This document shows, piece after piece, positions 31,701 to 41,425 of a DNA stretch of 64,000 bases. A model generated the notes under the pieces. The model saw nothing but the letters and a program-made list of their open reading frames with translations, ran no database searches and was not told the origin of the DNA. A program made the translations under genes and the position numbers. This DNA is from Arcobacteraceae bacterium. GTDB lineage: Bacteria > Campylobacterota > Campylobacteria > Campylobacterales > Arcobacteraceae. The DNA is taken from NCBI GenBank assembly GCA_965224485.1, contig CBDCZH010000023.1:32001-96000 (forward strand), given 5' to 3'. Each line of letters opens with the position of its first letter. Positions within the stretch are counted from its first letter, which is position 1.

Positions 31701-32307
31701 CTACTAAAATCTCAACAGTTCCTTCAAAGTCTAAAGGATTAATTTGTGAAAAAATAGTTGATATTTTAATTGATAAATAATCAATATTTGGATTCTCAAG
31801 TGCTTTTAAATACTTTTCCATTCGCTCTTCTGCTTCTTCTTCACCAAGAACCACTTCACCAATAAGATTAATATTAACTCTAGTTCCTTCACTTTTACGC
31901 TTAAGTAAATGCTTATTAAAATATTCTGATTCTCCTTTTATTACAACAGTTTTAGTATCTTCTCTTATTTGATTTACAAACATAGGAACAGAAATACTTG
32001 GAACATATTTACCTATATTTTGAAAAAACCATAAAAGAGTTCTATCTTTTGTTGTAAAGAAGTGAGCCATTCCATGTTTTTGCAATAAAAAAATAATTTG
32101 ATTTGCTATTCTATCTTTAGATTCTGCTCTAAAACATTGATCCATTAACTCAATTAATAAAGCCTTATCTTTTGGATGATCTAACATTTTATTCATTTTT
32201 ATATAAAATTCTTTATCAAAATCACTTACAAGTTGTGTTGCTCTATTTTGCCATTTTGAAGCTAGAGTTATTGCTTCTTTTATTATCTTTTTTTCATTCA
32301 TTATCAA
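28735..32307 (-). CDS. putA: Bifunctional proline dehydrogenase / P5C dehydrogenase PutA
   Basis: PRODH motifs LDMEE, RLVKGA and YLVRRLDEN; ALDH motifs PWNFP, AETGGK, SGQKCSA and ELFGP; no N-terminal RHH. Confidence 0.96.
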   Translation of the reverse strand: MIMNEKKIIKEAITLASKWQNRATQLVSDFDKEFYIKMNKMLDHPKDKALLIELMDQCFRAESKDRIANQIIFLLQKHGMAHFFTTKDRTLLWFFQNIGKYVPSISVPMFVNQIREDTKTVVIKGESEYFNKHLLKRKSEGTRVNINLIGEVVLGEEEAEERMEKYLKALENPNIDYLSIKISTIFSQINPLDFEGTVEILVEKLSKIYAQAKKYTFKNQDGKDEYKFINLDMEEYRDLAITVEVFKRTLQKEEFKDLYAGIVLQAYLPDSFLWQKELTSWVKQRVQDGGKAIKVRLVKGANMEMEETEASQKHWEMVTYTKKLDTDSNYKRMVRYALDKENAPYLHLGTASHNLFELAYATTLANINEVGQYHTLEMLEGMSESARLAIKEISKEVILYAPTASKEQFTNAIAYLVRRLDENTGPSNFIRYSFGLTVGSKNWNMQKDIFEDSFKNEEKSFVGVKRVQNRLDEKWNEFSNSAFDTGIYHAEADTDFILDENKQWAKNIVKKWKFDKNTVHSIAPVVVAGIDIIENRIIKDAIDKSQLKDGVLAGRFANANEADIKKAVEVAREDIDGWRDKTHNQRHEVLKQVAIKVRERRDDLIGVAAAEVGKVFSETDVEVSESVDFLEFYPYSINYFKKYENLEFSGRGVGVIIPPWNFPIAISLGGIAAALAAGNTVIIKPASDAALCSYEMCKCFWDAGVSKNTLQFLACPGALAGEHLIKNKDIDFVILTGGEDTAHAMLNAREDLYLTAETGGKDATIVTNMADREQAVKNVCLSAFSNSGQKCSATSLLVLEDEVYNDANFKKALIDTANSMSVGSVWDFKNKIGTLANKVSGNLKQAIDTLERGESWALAPAYVDNNEYMLKPAIKWGVQVGSFCHKNELFGPVLSVMRASTLKDAVDIVNSTGYGLTSGIESLDEREVTYWKEHLKAGNLYVNRGTTGAVVLRQPFGGMGKSAIGAGRKVGIFNYITQFVNFKEVKHPKVQKEYTSELTSFISRCKVISNNKEDFEKLEIALQSYIENYENEFLKEKDYSNVRGEDNHFRYHALQKVLIRVSSDDSIFEVLARILASRVAKVNFKVSIDNNDAIKELLASSPELFTSKDSFKEEKDEDFVKYFKSYDRIIYSNINKVPSLVFKEANKLSLFITRMEAMMEGRIELLNYFIEQSISHSYHRYGNIGARGIE

Positions 32308-32418
32308 TTTCCTTAAAATTAATCTTTTTAAATAAATTTTATGTAGCTTTTCTTAATAAACGCAAGAAGGTCATCAAAGAAAGGGATTAATTCCCTTTTC
32401 TTGCTACTTAGTTTTTAT

Positions 32419-33142
32419 TTAGTGTTTTTTACCTAAATATGCTTCTTGTATTGTTGTTGAATTAAGAAGCTCTTGTGATGTACCTTCATGAGTTATTTTA
32501 CCAACTTCTAAAACATATGCACGATCTGCCAATTTTAAAGCTGCTTTTGCATTTTGCTCTACTAATAAAACAGTAACACCACTTTGTGCTATTTCTTTAA
32601 CTGCTTTAAAAATTGCTTTTATTAAAATAGGTGCAAGTCCTAAAGAAGGTTCATCAAGTATTAAAAGTTTTGGTTTACTCATAATAGCTCTACCAATTGC
32701 TAACATTTGTTGCTCACCACCAGAAAGAGTACCAGCTAGCTGTTTACGTCTCTCTTTTAGTCTTGGGTAAAATATCATAAATCCATTCTAAAGTCTCTTT
32801 ATCATGGTCCTTTAATGTATAAGCACCCATCATTAAATTCTCTTCAACACTTAAAATTCCAAAGATTCTTCGCCCTTCAGGAGAGTGAGACATACCTAAA
32901 CTAACAATATCATGAGCTTCTGTTTTACTAATATCATTTTTATCAAAAATTATATGACCAGATTTAGATTTTATTAAACCTGAAATTGTTTGTAAAGTAG
33001 TTGTTTTACCAGCTCCATTAGCTCCTAAAATAGTAACAATCTCACCTCTTCTAACTTGTAAAGAGATTCCTTTAATAGCAGTAACTGCGCCATAAGATAC
33101 ATGTAAATCTCTAATATCTAATAATATTTCATTATTTACCAT
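32419..33142 (-). CDS. livF: LIV-type ABC transporter ATP-binding subunit LivF (apparent +1 frameshift ~32766)
   Basis: GANGAGKT and LSGGEQQ in two ORF fragments; removing one C restores DILPRLKER. Confidence 0.85.
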
Positions 33143-33922
33143 TATTCATCCTCCTCATCATCATCAATACCAATATAAGCCTCAATAACTCTAGGGTCAT
33201 CTTGAACAAAAGAAGGTTTTCCTTGAGAAATTTCTTTTCCAAAATTAATTACAGTAATATAATCAGTTAAATTCATAACCATGCTCCATATCATGTTCAA
33301 TCATCATGATACCAAGACCTTTTTCCTTGATTTTTCTAATAATTCTAGTTAACTCAATAGTTTCATTTTCATTTAAACCAGCAGCTGGTTCATCTAAAAT
33401 TAGAATTTCAGGATCAGCTGCAAGAGCTCTTGCCATTTCAACTTTTCTTTGATTACCATATGATAAATCTCCTGCTGGAGTTGAAGCAAATTCACTCAAA
33501 CCAAAAAAGTCCATTAATTCTTCTACTTTTTTCCAATGTTTAAGCTCATCTTTTTTATAAAAAGGTGTATGTATAATTGAGTGATACCATTTTTGCTTAG
33601 ACTTAGTATGTGTTCCAGCTATAATATTTTCAGCAACACTCATTTCTTTAAAAAGTCTAATATTTTGAAAAGTTCTTAAAACTCCTCTTTGAGCAATTTT
33701 ATGGGGACTCATACCTGTTATATCTTCACCCTTATATTTAATACTTCCTTTTTCAGGAGTATAAATACCAGTAACACAATTAAAAAGTGTTGTTTTACCA
33801 GCACCATTAGGGCCTATAATTCCATATATTTGACCAGGTTTAACTTTTATAGTTAAATCATCAATAGCAACTAAACCATGAAAGAATTTTGAAACATTAG
33901 TTATTTCTAAAACATATTCCAT
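33142..33922 (-). CDS. livG: LIV-type ABC transporter ATP-binding subunit LivG (apparent +1 frameshift ~33286)
   Basis: GPNGAGKT and LSYGNQR; removing one G restores EHDMSMVMNLTDYITV...EAYIG, ending TAA at 33142. Confidence 0.85.
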
Positions 33923-34896
33923 TATTTCTCCTTGCTTTCATTAGTTTTCTTAAGGGTTTTTCTTTTTAAGAAATCTGGAATATTTCCAAAAGAAGCTGGC
34001 CATACACCATTTGGTCTTAAAATCATTGTTAAAACCATAGCCGCACCAAAGATTAAGTAACGTGATTCTTTAAATTCAGTAAATAATTCAGGTAATACAA
34101 ACATTACGAATGTTCCAATAATAATACCAGGCACTGAAGCAGATCCACCTACAAGAACAATTGCAAAAAACATAACACTTTGCATGAAGTTAAAAGACTC
34201 AGGACTTACAGCTGAGTATTGAATAGCAAAAATAGCTCCAGCAGCTCCTGCAATAGCAGCTCCTAATGCAAAAGCAAAAAGTTTATAATATGAGATATTT
34301 ATTCCCATAGATTTTGCAGCAATTTCATCTTTATGTATATAATACAAAGCTCTTCCATATTTAGAAGCATCAAGATTTTTGATAATTGCAAAAGTAATAA
34401 GTAATAAAGCAAAAGCCATATAATAAATCGCAGTATCTGAGAATAGTTCATATCCGAATATTCGCACTACATCTATTCCAAAAATACCGTTAGGTCCTCC
34501 TGTTAGACCAAATACATCATTTGATAAAACTTGTTCAAAAATAATATTAAATCCAATAGTTGCAACTAATAAATAATCACCTCTTAAGTGAATAATAGGA
34601 CCAGCTATTAAAACTGAAATAATCATAGGAATTAATATAGCAAAAGGAAGAGTATAAATAATCTCCATTCCAAAATGAACATTTAAAATAGCTGTTGTAT
34701 ATGCTCCCATTCCAAAAAAGATAGCATGACCCATATTAAAAATACCAGCACGTCCTAGAATAATATCTTGAGAAAAAGCAACTACTGCAAAAACTAAAAA
34801 TGTAATTCCTATACTTAACCAAGCAGAATCAACTAAAAACGGAAAAATAGCCATTACTGCCATAAATAAAGTAGTAATTAGTGTTGTTTTATTCAT
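33922..34896 (-). CDS. livM: LIV-type ABC transporter permease LivM
   Basis: LRGDYL, TGGPNG and LRPNG motifs. Confidence 0.9.
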   Translation of the reverse strand: MNKTTLITTLFMAVMAIFPFLVDSAWLSIGITFLVFAVVAFSQDIILGRAGIFNMGHAIFFGMGAYTTAILNVHFGMEIIYTLPFAILIPMIISVLIAGPIIHLRGDYLLVATIGFNIIFEQVLSNDVFGLTGGPNGIFGIDVVRIFGYELFSDTAIYYMAFALLLITFAIIKNLDASKYGRALYYIHKDEIAAKSMGINISYYKLFAFALGAAIAGAAGAIFAIQYSAVSPESFNFMQSVMFFAIVLVGGSASVPGIIIGTFVMFVLPELFTEFKESRYLIFGAAMVLTMILRPNGVWPASFGNIPDFLKRKTLKKTNESKEK

Positions 34897-35798
34897 TATA
34901 CTTTCTCCGCTATTTTTTCGCCTAATAAACCAGTAGGTCTTACAATTAAAATAATAATAAGCAATATAAAGGTAAATGTTTCAGCCCACTCAGTTGAGAT
35001 ATAACCAGAAATCATAGCATTAAATAATCCTAATAATAAACCACCTAACATAGCACCTGGAATAGAACCAATTCCTCCAATAATAGCTGCAATAAAAGCA
35101 TTTAAGCCATATAACCAACCCATATCAAAAGTCAAACCTCTATAATAAATACCAATAAATAGTCCACCAATAGCACCTAACATAGAACCAATTACAAAAA
35201 TAATAACAATAATTCTATTAACATTAATACCCATAAGTTTAGCAGCATCTTGATCAATAGCACTAGCTCTTATTGCTGTTCCCATTTTTGTTTTATTAAT
35301 AAAAATATATAAAGCTATCATTAAAACGGCTGAAAGTATTAAAATTACTAATTGTGTAAAAGAAATTATTACCCCACCAAAATTCCAAGAAGTACTTGGG
35401 AATATATCAGCTGGGAATATTTTCATATTTGGTCCCCAAATTAACATAATTGCATTTTGTATAACTAAAGATGCCCCTAGAGCTGAAACAACAGCACTAA
35501 GTCTTGGTGCAGTTCTTAAAGGTCTGTATGCAAGACGCTCAAGAAGAACACCTACAAAAGCTACAATAATTGATGTTAATAAAAACACTATAATAATGCT
35601 AACTAAAGAGTAAGCATTTGATCCAAAAAATTGTGTAAATACAGTAAGTCCTACATATGCAGAAAAGGCAACAAGGTCACCGTGTGCGAAGTTAATTAAC
35701 TTCATCACACCGTAAACCATTGTATATCCTAAAGCTACTAGTGCATATAAACTTCCTATAGTTAAACCATTAATTAACTGTTGAAAAAAAATATCCAT
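34896..35798 (-). CDS. livH: LIV-type ABC transporter permease LivH
   Basis: YALVALGYTMVYG...INFAHG and RPTGLLG motifs. Confidence 0.93.
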   Translation of the reverse strand: MDIFFQQLINGLTIGSLYALVALGYTMVYGVMKLINFAHGDLVAFSAYVGLTVFTQFFGSNAYSLVSIIIVFLLTSIIVAFVGVLLERLAYRPLRTAPRLSAVVSALGASLVIQNAIMLIWGPNMKIFPADIFPSTSWNFGGVIISFTQLVILILSAVLMIALYIFINKTKMGTAIRASAIDQDAAKLMGINVNRIIVIIFVIGSMLGAIGGLFIGIYYRGLTFDMGWLYGLNAFIAAIIGGIGSIPGAMLGGLLLGLFNAMISGYISTEWAETFTFILLIIILIVRPTGLLGEKIAEKV

Positions 35799-35819
35799 TT
35801 TATAATAACCTTATTTCAA

Positions 35820-36944
35820 TTATTGGGTAACTACTGTTTTACTACCATCATTGCTCATTTTATAAACAACAAATTTAGCACCAACTCTTTCACCATCTTC
35901 TCTAATATTAAAAGGACCTGTAATTCCAGGGAAGTCTTTCATATCATTTCTAATATATTCAGAGATTTTTTTAGTATCAAAAGATTTGGTTTGCTCAACA
36001 CCTTCAATAATTGCTCTTAATCCATCAGCATTAGTAACAGGCCAGATTGATGGAGGATCCATTTTAAATCTTGCTTTATAAGCTGCTAAATATTTTTTAG
36101 CTTCTTCGTATGGTAAAATTTCAGGAGTTGGAAAGTTAATTAAAATTGTTCCAGTTGCTGCTTTACCTGCTAGTTTATGAAAATCAGGATTATCATTTGA
36201 ATCTCCACCTACAAAATCAGCTGGAATTTGTAATTGTGCTTGTTGTGATCTTAATAAACCACCATCAGTATAATAACCAGAGTAATAAATAACATCAGGT
36301 TTCATAGATTTGATTTTAGTTAAGATTGCTGTAAAGTTTTGAGTTCCAGATTTAATCTTACCTCTAAAAATCACATTTCCACCAATAGCTTTAAGTGAAG
36401 CTTCAGTTGAATCACCAAGTCCAGTTGAATATGATGAATAATCAGATAAAACTACAATTCTTTTATATTGTTTAGTATTTACCATATATTCAGCTGTAAA
36501 ATCACTTTGTGAAGCATTTGGAAATGAATTTCTAAAAAAAGTCCAATATTTTCTTTTAATTAAACTATCACTTGTTCCATCAGAAGTTTGAAGAACTTTA
36601 TTTCTATAATATGTAGTTTGAGCAGCTTCTGTTGCTCCTGAAGTATAAGAACCAATTACAGCAAAAACACCAGCATTTACTAGTTTTTTAGCACAAACAG
36701 CAGCTTTTTGAGCTTTTGCTTCATCATCACAAGTAACGATTTCAATTTGTTTACCTAAAAGACCACCAGCGGCATTCTTTTCATCAACAATTAATTTAAC
36801 AAAGTTTTCAATACTTTGACCCTCATTTGCATATTTTCCAGTAATTGGAGCTTGAACACCAATTTTAACAGTATCAGCTGCACTTAATGCAGTACAAAGT
36901 GTAACACTTAGTGCTAATGCACCAACAAGTTTTGTAATTTTCAT
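35820..36944 (-). CDS. livK: LIV-type ABC substrate-binding protein (probably proline)
   Basis: Signal peptide; KIGVQAPITG, GGLLGKQI and PGITG motifs; operon ends with putA. Confidence 0.85.
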   Translation of the reverse strand: MKITKLVGALALSVTLCTALSAADTVKIGVQAPITGKYANEGQSIENFVKLIVDEKNAAGGLLGKQIEIVTCDDEAKAQKAAVCAKKLVNAGVFAVIGSYTSGATEAAQTTYYRNKVLQTSDGTSDSLIKRKYWTFFRNSFPNASQSDFTAEYMVNTKQYKRIVVLSDYSSYSTGLGDSTEASLKAIGGNVIFRGKIKSGTQNFTAILTKIKSMKPDVIYYSGYYTDGGLLRSQQAQLQIPADFVGGDSNDNPDFHKLAGKAATGTILINFPTPEILPYEEAKKYLAAYKARFKMDPPSIWPVTNADGLRAIIEGVEQTKSFDTKKISEYIRNDMKDFPGITGPFNIREDGERVGAKFVVYKMSNDGSKTVVTQ

Positions 36945-36971
36945 TTATTCTCCTCTTTTTTTTAAATAAAT

Positions 36972-37634
36972 CTACTTAAAGATAGGCTTTATTATATAAC
37001 AGCCAACAGACCATTGCCCGATATTGGCAATATCAATAATTTCTCCTCCTTCAAAGTTAGATTTTACATTCACATACTCACTTACAATTTCGTCAAAAGA
37101 TTCAATAATATCTTTTAACCTTTGTGGAGCTTTTTTTCTAGCAGTATTTGAGATATCAAGATAAAAAGCAAAAAGACCATAATCTAAAGTAGAATCATCT
37201 TTATTTTCTCTATTTAATATCTTACATATTTTATGAATTTCATTTTTATACTCTTCTTTTACATTTCTAACACCATTTTTTAAAGACATAACAACTCTTG
37301 AAACAGAATCATTATCTGTTTTATGCTCAAATCTTTCATCTAAAGTTAAACATATTGTTTCAGGTGATAAATAATTCTTTTTCATAAATTCTCTAAATCC
37401 ATCTCTTTTAGGTAAAGAACATCGCAAAATATCAGCTATTGTCGCATCCATGAAAATTTCAGGAAAATTTTGCAATTTTGCAATTTCTTGAGATACATGT
37501 ATGCTTAAAAATTTAGCAGGAGCATAAGATAGATATAATTCATCCCCTGTCCAAGTAGCAAAGTTATTTCTTGCAATTTTGATTCCTCTTAAAACTGCTT
37601 GAATTATTTCATCTTGTGAAGGAAAACTACTCAT
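36972..37634 (-). CDS. Hypothetical protein, possible degenerate PD-(D/E)xK-like fold
   Basis: ATG 37634 overlaps the upstream stop; alpha/beta pattern with VVMSLKN where nucleases have IExK. Confidence 0.6.
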   Translation of the reverse strand: MSSFPSQDEIIQAVLRGIKIARNNFATWTGDELYLSYAPAKFLSIHVSQEIAKLQNFPEIFMDATIADILRCSLPKRDGFREFMKKNYLSPETICLTLDERFEHKTDNDSVSRVVMSLKNGVRNVKEEYKNEIHKICKILNRENKDDSTLDYGLFAFYLDISNTARKKAPQRLKDIIESFDEIVSEYVNVKSNFEGGEIIDIANIGQWSVGCYIIKPIFK

Positions 37635-37866
37635 GTTTCTCTCCTTCATAGTTTTCATCAACTTCTTCTATGATTCCACTTTCATATAAGATGTCTTCAA
37701 TTAGTCTATTTTTAGAAATGTTAATTTGTGTTGATAATAGGATTAAAGCTTTATCTAGTTTTTTGTCTATTTTAATAGTAAGTTGAGAAATTTCTTTTTT
37801 GCCATTTTTAGTATGTTTATTAATAACATTTTTTATAACAGCTCTAGAGTTTTTTTGCTTCGCCAT
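37627..37866 (-). CDS. Ribbon-helix-helix DNA-binding protein
   Basis: QLTIKID strand followed by two helices (KKLDKALILLS, SKNRLIEDIL). Confidence 0.65.
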   Translation of the reverse strand: MAKQKNSRAVIKNVINKHTKNGKKEISQLTIKIDKKLDKALILLSTQINISKNRLIEDILYESGIIEEVDENYEGEKHE

Positions 37867-37889
37867 ACATCCACTTTTTTAAATTAATT

Positions 37890-37914
37890 TAAGTACTACT
37901 TTTAGTAGTACTTA
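37890..37914. promoter_or_regulatory. Palindromic operator candidate upstream of the RHH gene
   Basis: Perfect 11-bp inverted repeat TAAGTACTACT-ttt-AGTAGTACTTA between the putative -10 and the start codon. Confidence 0.5.
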
Positions 37915-38003
37915 TTTTTCTTAATGATTATTACATTGGAAAAATTAAAATTAACTTAAAAATAATAGAAATTTTTTCTAAAAAAGGGTGAATGTATGAC
38001 TAA

Positions 38004-38031
38004 GTAGCATAATGCTACGTTAATGCTACGT
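38004..38031. repeat. Palindrome plus tandem 11-bp direct repeat
   Basis: GTAGCAT-a-ATGCTAC, and TAATGCTACGT x2 at 38010-38031. Confidence 0.6.
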
Positions 38032-38064
38032 TAGGGTGTTTTTTTTGATTTTTTTTACGTAAAA

Positions 38065-38703
38065 TTAAATATTAATATACTTTTTTACTACCTCCACTAA
38101 ATTATTAATAATTTTATCTGATAGCGCAACTGCTTTTTCTTCATCTGAATTAATAATTGCTTCTATTAAATCAATATGTACTAAAGCAGATTTTTCTAAG
38201 TCTTCAATACCTTTATAATAATACCAAAATCTTCTACTTCTAACATGTAAAGGTGTTGTTGCTCTTGTAGCAAAATCATTTCTAGCAGCTTCAAAAATAG
38301 TTTGATCAAGAACTTTATCAATTCTTAAATACTCAATGACATCTTTATTTTTAACAGCTTCTTGCATTAAGTTCTTAAACTCTAAGATTTTACTCTTTTC
38401 TGTAGCTGTTGCATATTTAGCAGCTCTTGCTATTAAAAGTCTATCTAATACTCGTCTTGTATCTAAAATAGCCAATTGGTTTGTCATATTAATATCTGAT
38501 ATTTCTATTCCACGTCTTGGTATTATATTAATTAAAGATTCATATGAGAGTTTTAATAAAGCTTCCCTTAATGGTGTTCTACTTATATCTGATAAAACCA
38601 TTAACTCTTTTTCAGAATATGTTTTTCCTGGTTCTAACTTTAATGTAACTAATAACTCTTCTAAAATTCTATATGCTCTTGATGATAATTTATTTTCTGG
38701 CAT
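38065..38703 (-). CDS. GntR (FadR/FCD) family transcriptional regulator
   Basis: wHTH YSEKEL...ISRTPLREAL...PRRG and C-terminal FCD-like domain; last gene of the hydroxyproline operon. Confidence 0.92.
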   Translation of the reverse strand: MPENKLSSRAYRILEELLVTLKLEPGKTYSEKELMVLSDISRTPLREALLKLSYESLINIIPRRGIEISDINMTNQLAILDTRRVLDRLLIARAAKYATATEKSKILEFKNLMQEAVKNKDVIEYLRIDKVLDQTIFEAARNDFATRATTPLHVRSRRFWYYYKGIEDLEKSALVHIDLIEAIINSDEEKAVALSDKIINNLVEVVKKYINI

Positions 38704-38714
38704 TATTCAATCCT

Positions 38715-39758
38715 TTATCTTAAAAAAAATCCATATTTTAATTCATCATCACAATCAATTAAAAACTTGTGTTCTCCTGTAATATATGCATTTGCAGTAA
38801 CTTGTGGGATAACTGAGGTATAAGGTCCATAAGTAAGTTCTTTTATAACTTTTACCTCAAAACTTGTATTTATAATACTCTCAATTCGTATACTTTCATT
38901 TAATAAAAGTTCTTTTTTCTTATAAGCAATAGCAGCACGTCCGGACACTCCTGAACCAGTTGGACTTCTATCAACTTCACCATTCGCAAAAACACATACA
39001 TTTTTACTATGGAAGTTTTCTGATTTACTAATAAAAATGACTCCATATAAAAAACTTAAATCTTCTTCAAAAGGGTGTTTTATATTATCTTTGTTTTTTA
39101 TAATAGCTTGTTTAATTTTCTTCCCATAAGAGATGATTTTATCATAATTATCCTTATTCAAAGAAAGTGAAATTTTATCTGCATTTACATAAGCATAAAA
39201 AGCTCCACCATAAGCTAAATCATAAACCACCCTACCTATAGAAGGTACATCAATACTTTCATCTAAGGCAAGAACAAAAGATGGAACACAGTTAAAACTA
39301 ACACTTAATACATTACCTTCTTTATCTATTTTTGCATATGAATCAAGTTGTCCGCAAGGTGCATCTATTTTTATATGTGTTATAGGGTAAGTTTTTTCAA
39401 CCCAGCCCAAAAGCACTGCTAATTTAGTAATTGCAATGGTAGCATGACCACACATAGTGCTATAACCTTCATTGTGCATAAAAACAACTCCAAAATCAGA
39501 ATCTTTATTTTCTGGTTCTACAATTAAAACTCCATACATATCAGCATGACCACGCGGTTCATACATTAAAGCTTTTCTTAAATAATCTAAATTATCTTTA
39601 ACATAATTTCTTTTTTCTAAAATACTAGAACCTTTAATTAAAGGATAACCATCAATAATAACTCGTAAAGGTTCGCCACATGTATGCATATCAATTGTTT
39701 TAACTTCTAAAAAACCTTTTGATATTTTAGAGTTTTTTATTTTGTCTAAAATTTTCAT
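38715..39758 (-). CDS. lhpH: trans-3-hydroxy-L-proline dehydratase (proline racemase family)
   Basis: STMCGHA plus DRSPTGSG: the Cys/Thr catalytic pair associated with dehydratases. Confidence 0.85.
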   Translation of the reverse strand: MKILDKIKNSKISKGFLEVKTIDMHTCGEPLRVIIDGYPLIKGSSILEKRNYVKDNLDYLRKALMYEPRGHADMYGVLIVEPENKDSDFGVVFMHNEGYSTMCGHATIAITKLAVLLGWVEKTYPITHIKIDAPCGQLDSYAKIDKEGNVLSVSFNCVPSFVLALDESIDVPSIGRVVYDLAYGGAFYAYVNADKISLSLNKDNYDKIISYGKKIKQAIIKNKDNIKHPFEEDLSFLYGVIFISKSENFHSKNVCVFANGEVDRSPTGSGVSGRAAIAYKKKELLLNESIRIESIINTSFEVKVIKELTYGPYTSVIPQVTANAYITGEHKFLIDCDDELKYGFFLR

Positions 39759-40656
39759 TTTTATCCTTTTGCATAACTTTTCTATCTGAAATAAAAACTA
39801 AAAATATTCCTGCAATTATAATACTTGAGAGAAGAATAAAAGAAAAACTCAAAATCTCATTTAAAAATATTGCACTTAATATTATAGAAACCATAGGAAC
39901 TAGAAGTAAAAAAGGTGAAATAAAACTAATATCTTGCGTTTTTACTAAATATGCCCATATACTATGAGCTAAAATACTAGAAGCTAGAACTGTATACAAA
40001 AATGCATAATATGTAATACTTTGCTCTATTTTTGAAAAACTCTCTATTAGGCTTGTAATACTTTGATTATTTAAAAGCATTAAACAATACATCATAGGTA
40101 TACCTAAAGTAGAAATCCAAGCAATAAGAGAAATACTGCTTACTTCTTTTATTTTTTTTACAAGAATAAAATATAAACCTAAACAACAAGCAGAAGCTAA
40201 GGCTATAAAAAAAGAAATTTGACTTTGTAATAAACTTGGATCAAAAAGTAAAGCAATTATTCCTATAAAAGAGACTAATAAACCAAATATTCTTAAACCT
40301 GAAGCTTTATCTTTATAAATAAACCAAGATAACAATATTGAAAAAGGAATAGCTATTTGTAAGATAACAGAAATTGCCCCAACACTTTTTGTAAGTTCTA
40401 AAGATAAGAATAGAAGTCCAAAATGACCAGGAACTAAAACTATACTTGTTAAACATAAATAATAAAAGTCTTTTAAAGAGGGTAATTTTAATAAAGCAGG
40501 GAATAATAATAAAGATACAAGAGTTAAACGCAAAACAAGGGCTGTATATGCTTCTATTTCTTTAACTAAAAAAGAAATAGCTATAAAATTACCAGCCCAT
40601 AAAAAAACTACTAAAAGAATTAAGAAGAGAACAAAAGATTTATCTTTTAAAAACAT
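39727..40656 (-). CDS. EamA/DMT family transporter
   Basis: About 10 TM segments in two repeats; LWAGNF start. Confidence 0.85.
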   Translation of the reverse strand: MFLKDKSFVLFLILLVVFLWAGNFIAISFLVKEIEAYTALVLRLTLVSLLLFPALLKLPSLKDFYYLCLTSIVLVPGHFGLLFLSLELTKSVGAISVILQIAIPFSILLSWFIYKDKASGLRIFGLLVSFIGIIALLFDPSLLQSQISFFIALASACCLGLYFILVKKIKEVSSISLIAWISTLGIPMMYCLMLLNNQSITSLIESFSKIEQSITYYAFLYTVLASSILAHSIWAYLVKTQDISFISPFLLLVPMVSIILSAIFLNEILSFSFILLSSIIIAGIFLVFISDRKVMQKDKNENFRQNKKL

Positions 40657-40699
40657 CTATATCCTTTTTTTAATTATTTAGTAATTATTCATTTTAAGT

Positions 40700-41425
40700 T
40701 TAATTTAAAACCTTTGATAAAAATTGCTTCGTTCTCTCTTTTTGTGGATTACCTATAACTTCTTCAGGTGTTCCAATTTCTTCTATTACACCTTTATGAA
40801 AAAATGCAACTCTATCTGATACTTCTCTTGCAAAAGCAATTTCATGAGTTACACAAATCATGGTCATTCCTTCTTTTCGTAAAAGTCTTAAAGTATCAAG
40901 TACTTCTCCAACTAACTCAGGATCTAAAGCTGAAGTGATTTCATCAAACAACATATATTCAGGCTCCATTGCAAGGGCTCTTGCAATTGCTAGTCTTTGT
41001 TGTTGGCCTCCTGACATTCTTGAAGGAAACTCATCAAACTTATCACCAAGACCTACATGAATCAACTGCTCTTTTGCAATTTTTTCAGCATCTTCTTTTG
41101 ATTTACCTAAAACCTTTTGTGGTGCTAAGCTTACATTTTCTAAGACAGTTAAATGAGGAAAAGAGTTCCATTGCTGAAAAACCATACCAATTTTTTGTCT
41201 TAATTTATTAATATCTGTTTTTTTACTATGTACTGAAACATTATCAACAAATACTTCACCTTGTTGAATATTCTCAATTGCGTTAATACAATAAAGCATA
41301 GTAGATTTACCAGAACCAGAACCTCCAATTACTGATAAAACCTCACCTTTTTTTACTGTTAAATCAATACCTTTTAATACTTCTAAATCTCCAAAAGATT
41401 TATGAACTTTTTTTAATTCAATCAT
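40700..41425 (-). CDS. Polar amino-acid ABC transporter ATP-binding protein
   Basis: GGSGSGKST, MSGGQQQR and FDEITSALDPE motifs. Confidence 0.93.
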   Translation of the reverse strand: MIELKKVHKSFGDLEVLKGIDLTVKKGEVLSVIGGSGSGKSTMLYCINAIENIQQGEVFVDNVSVHSKKTDINKLRQKIGMVFQQWNSFPHLTVLENVSLAPQKVLGKSKEDAEKIAKEQLIHVGLGDKFDEFPSRMSGGQQQRLAIARALAMEPEYMLFDEITSALDPELVGEVLDTLRLLRKEGMTMICVTHEIAFAREVSDRVAFFHKGVIEEIGTPEEVIGNPQKERTKQFLSKVLN

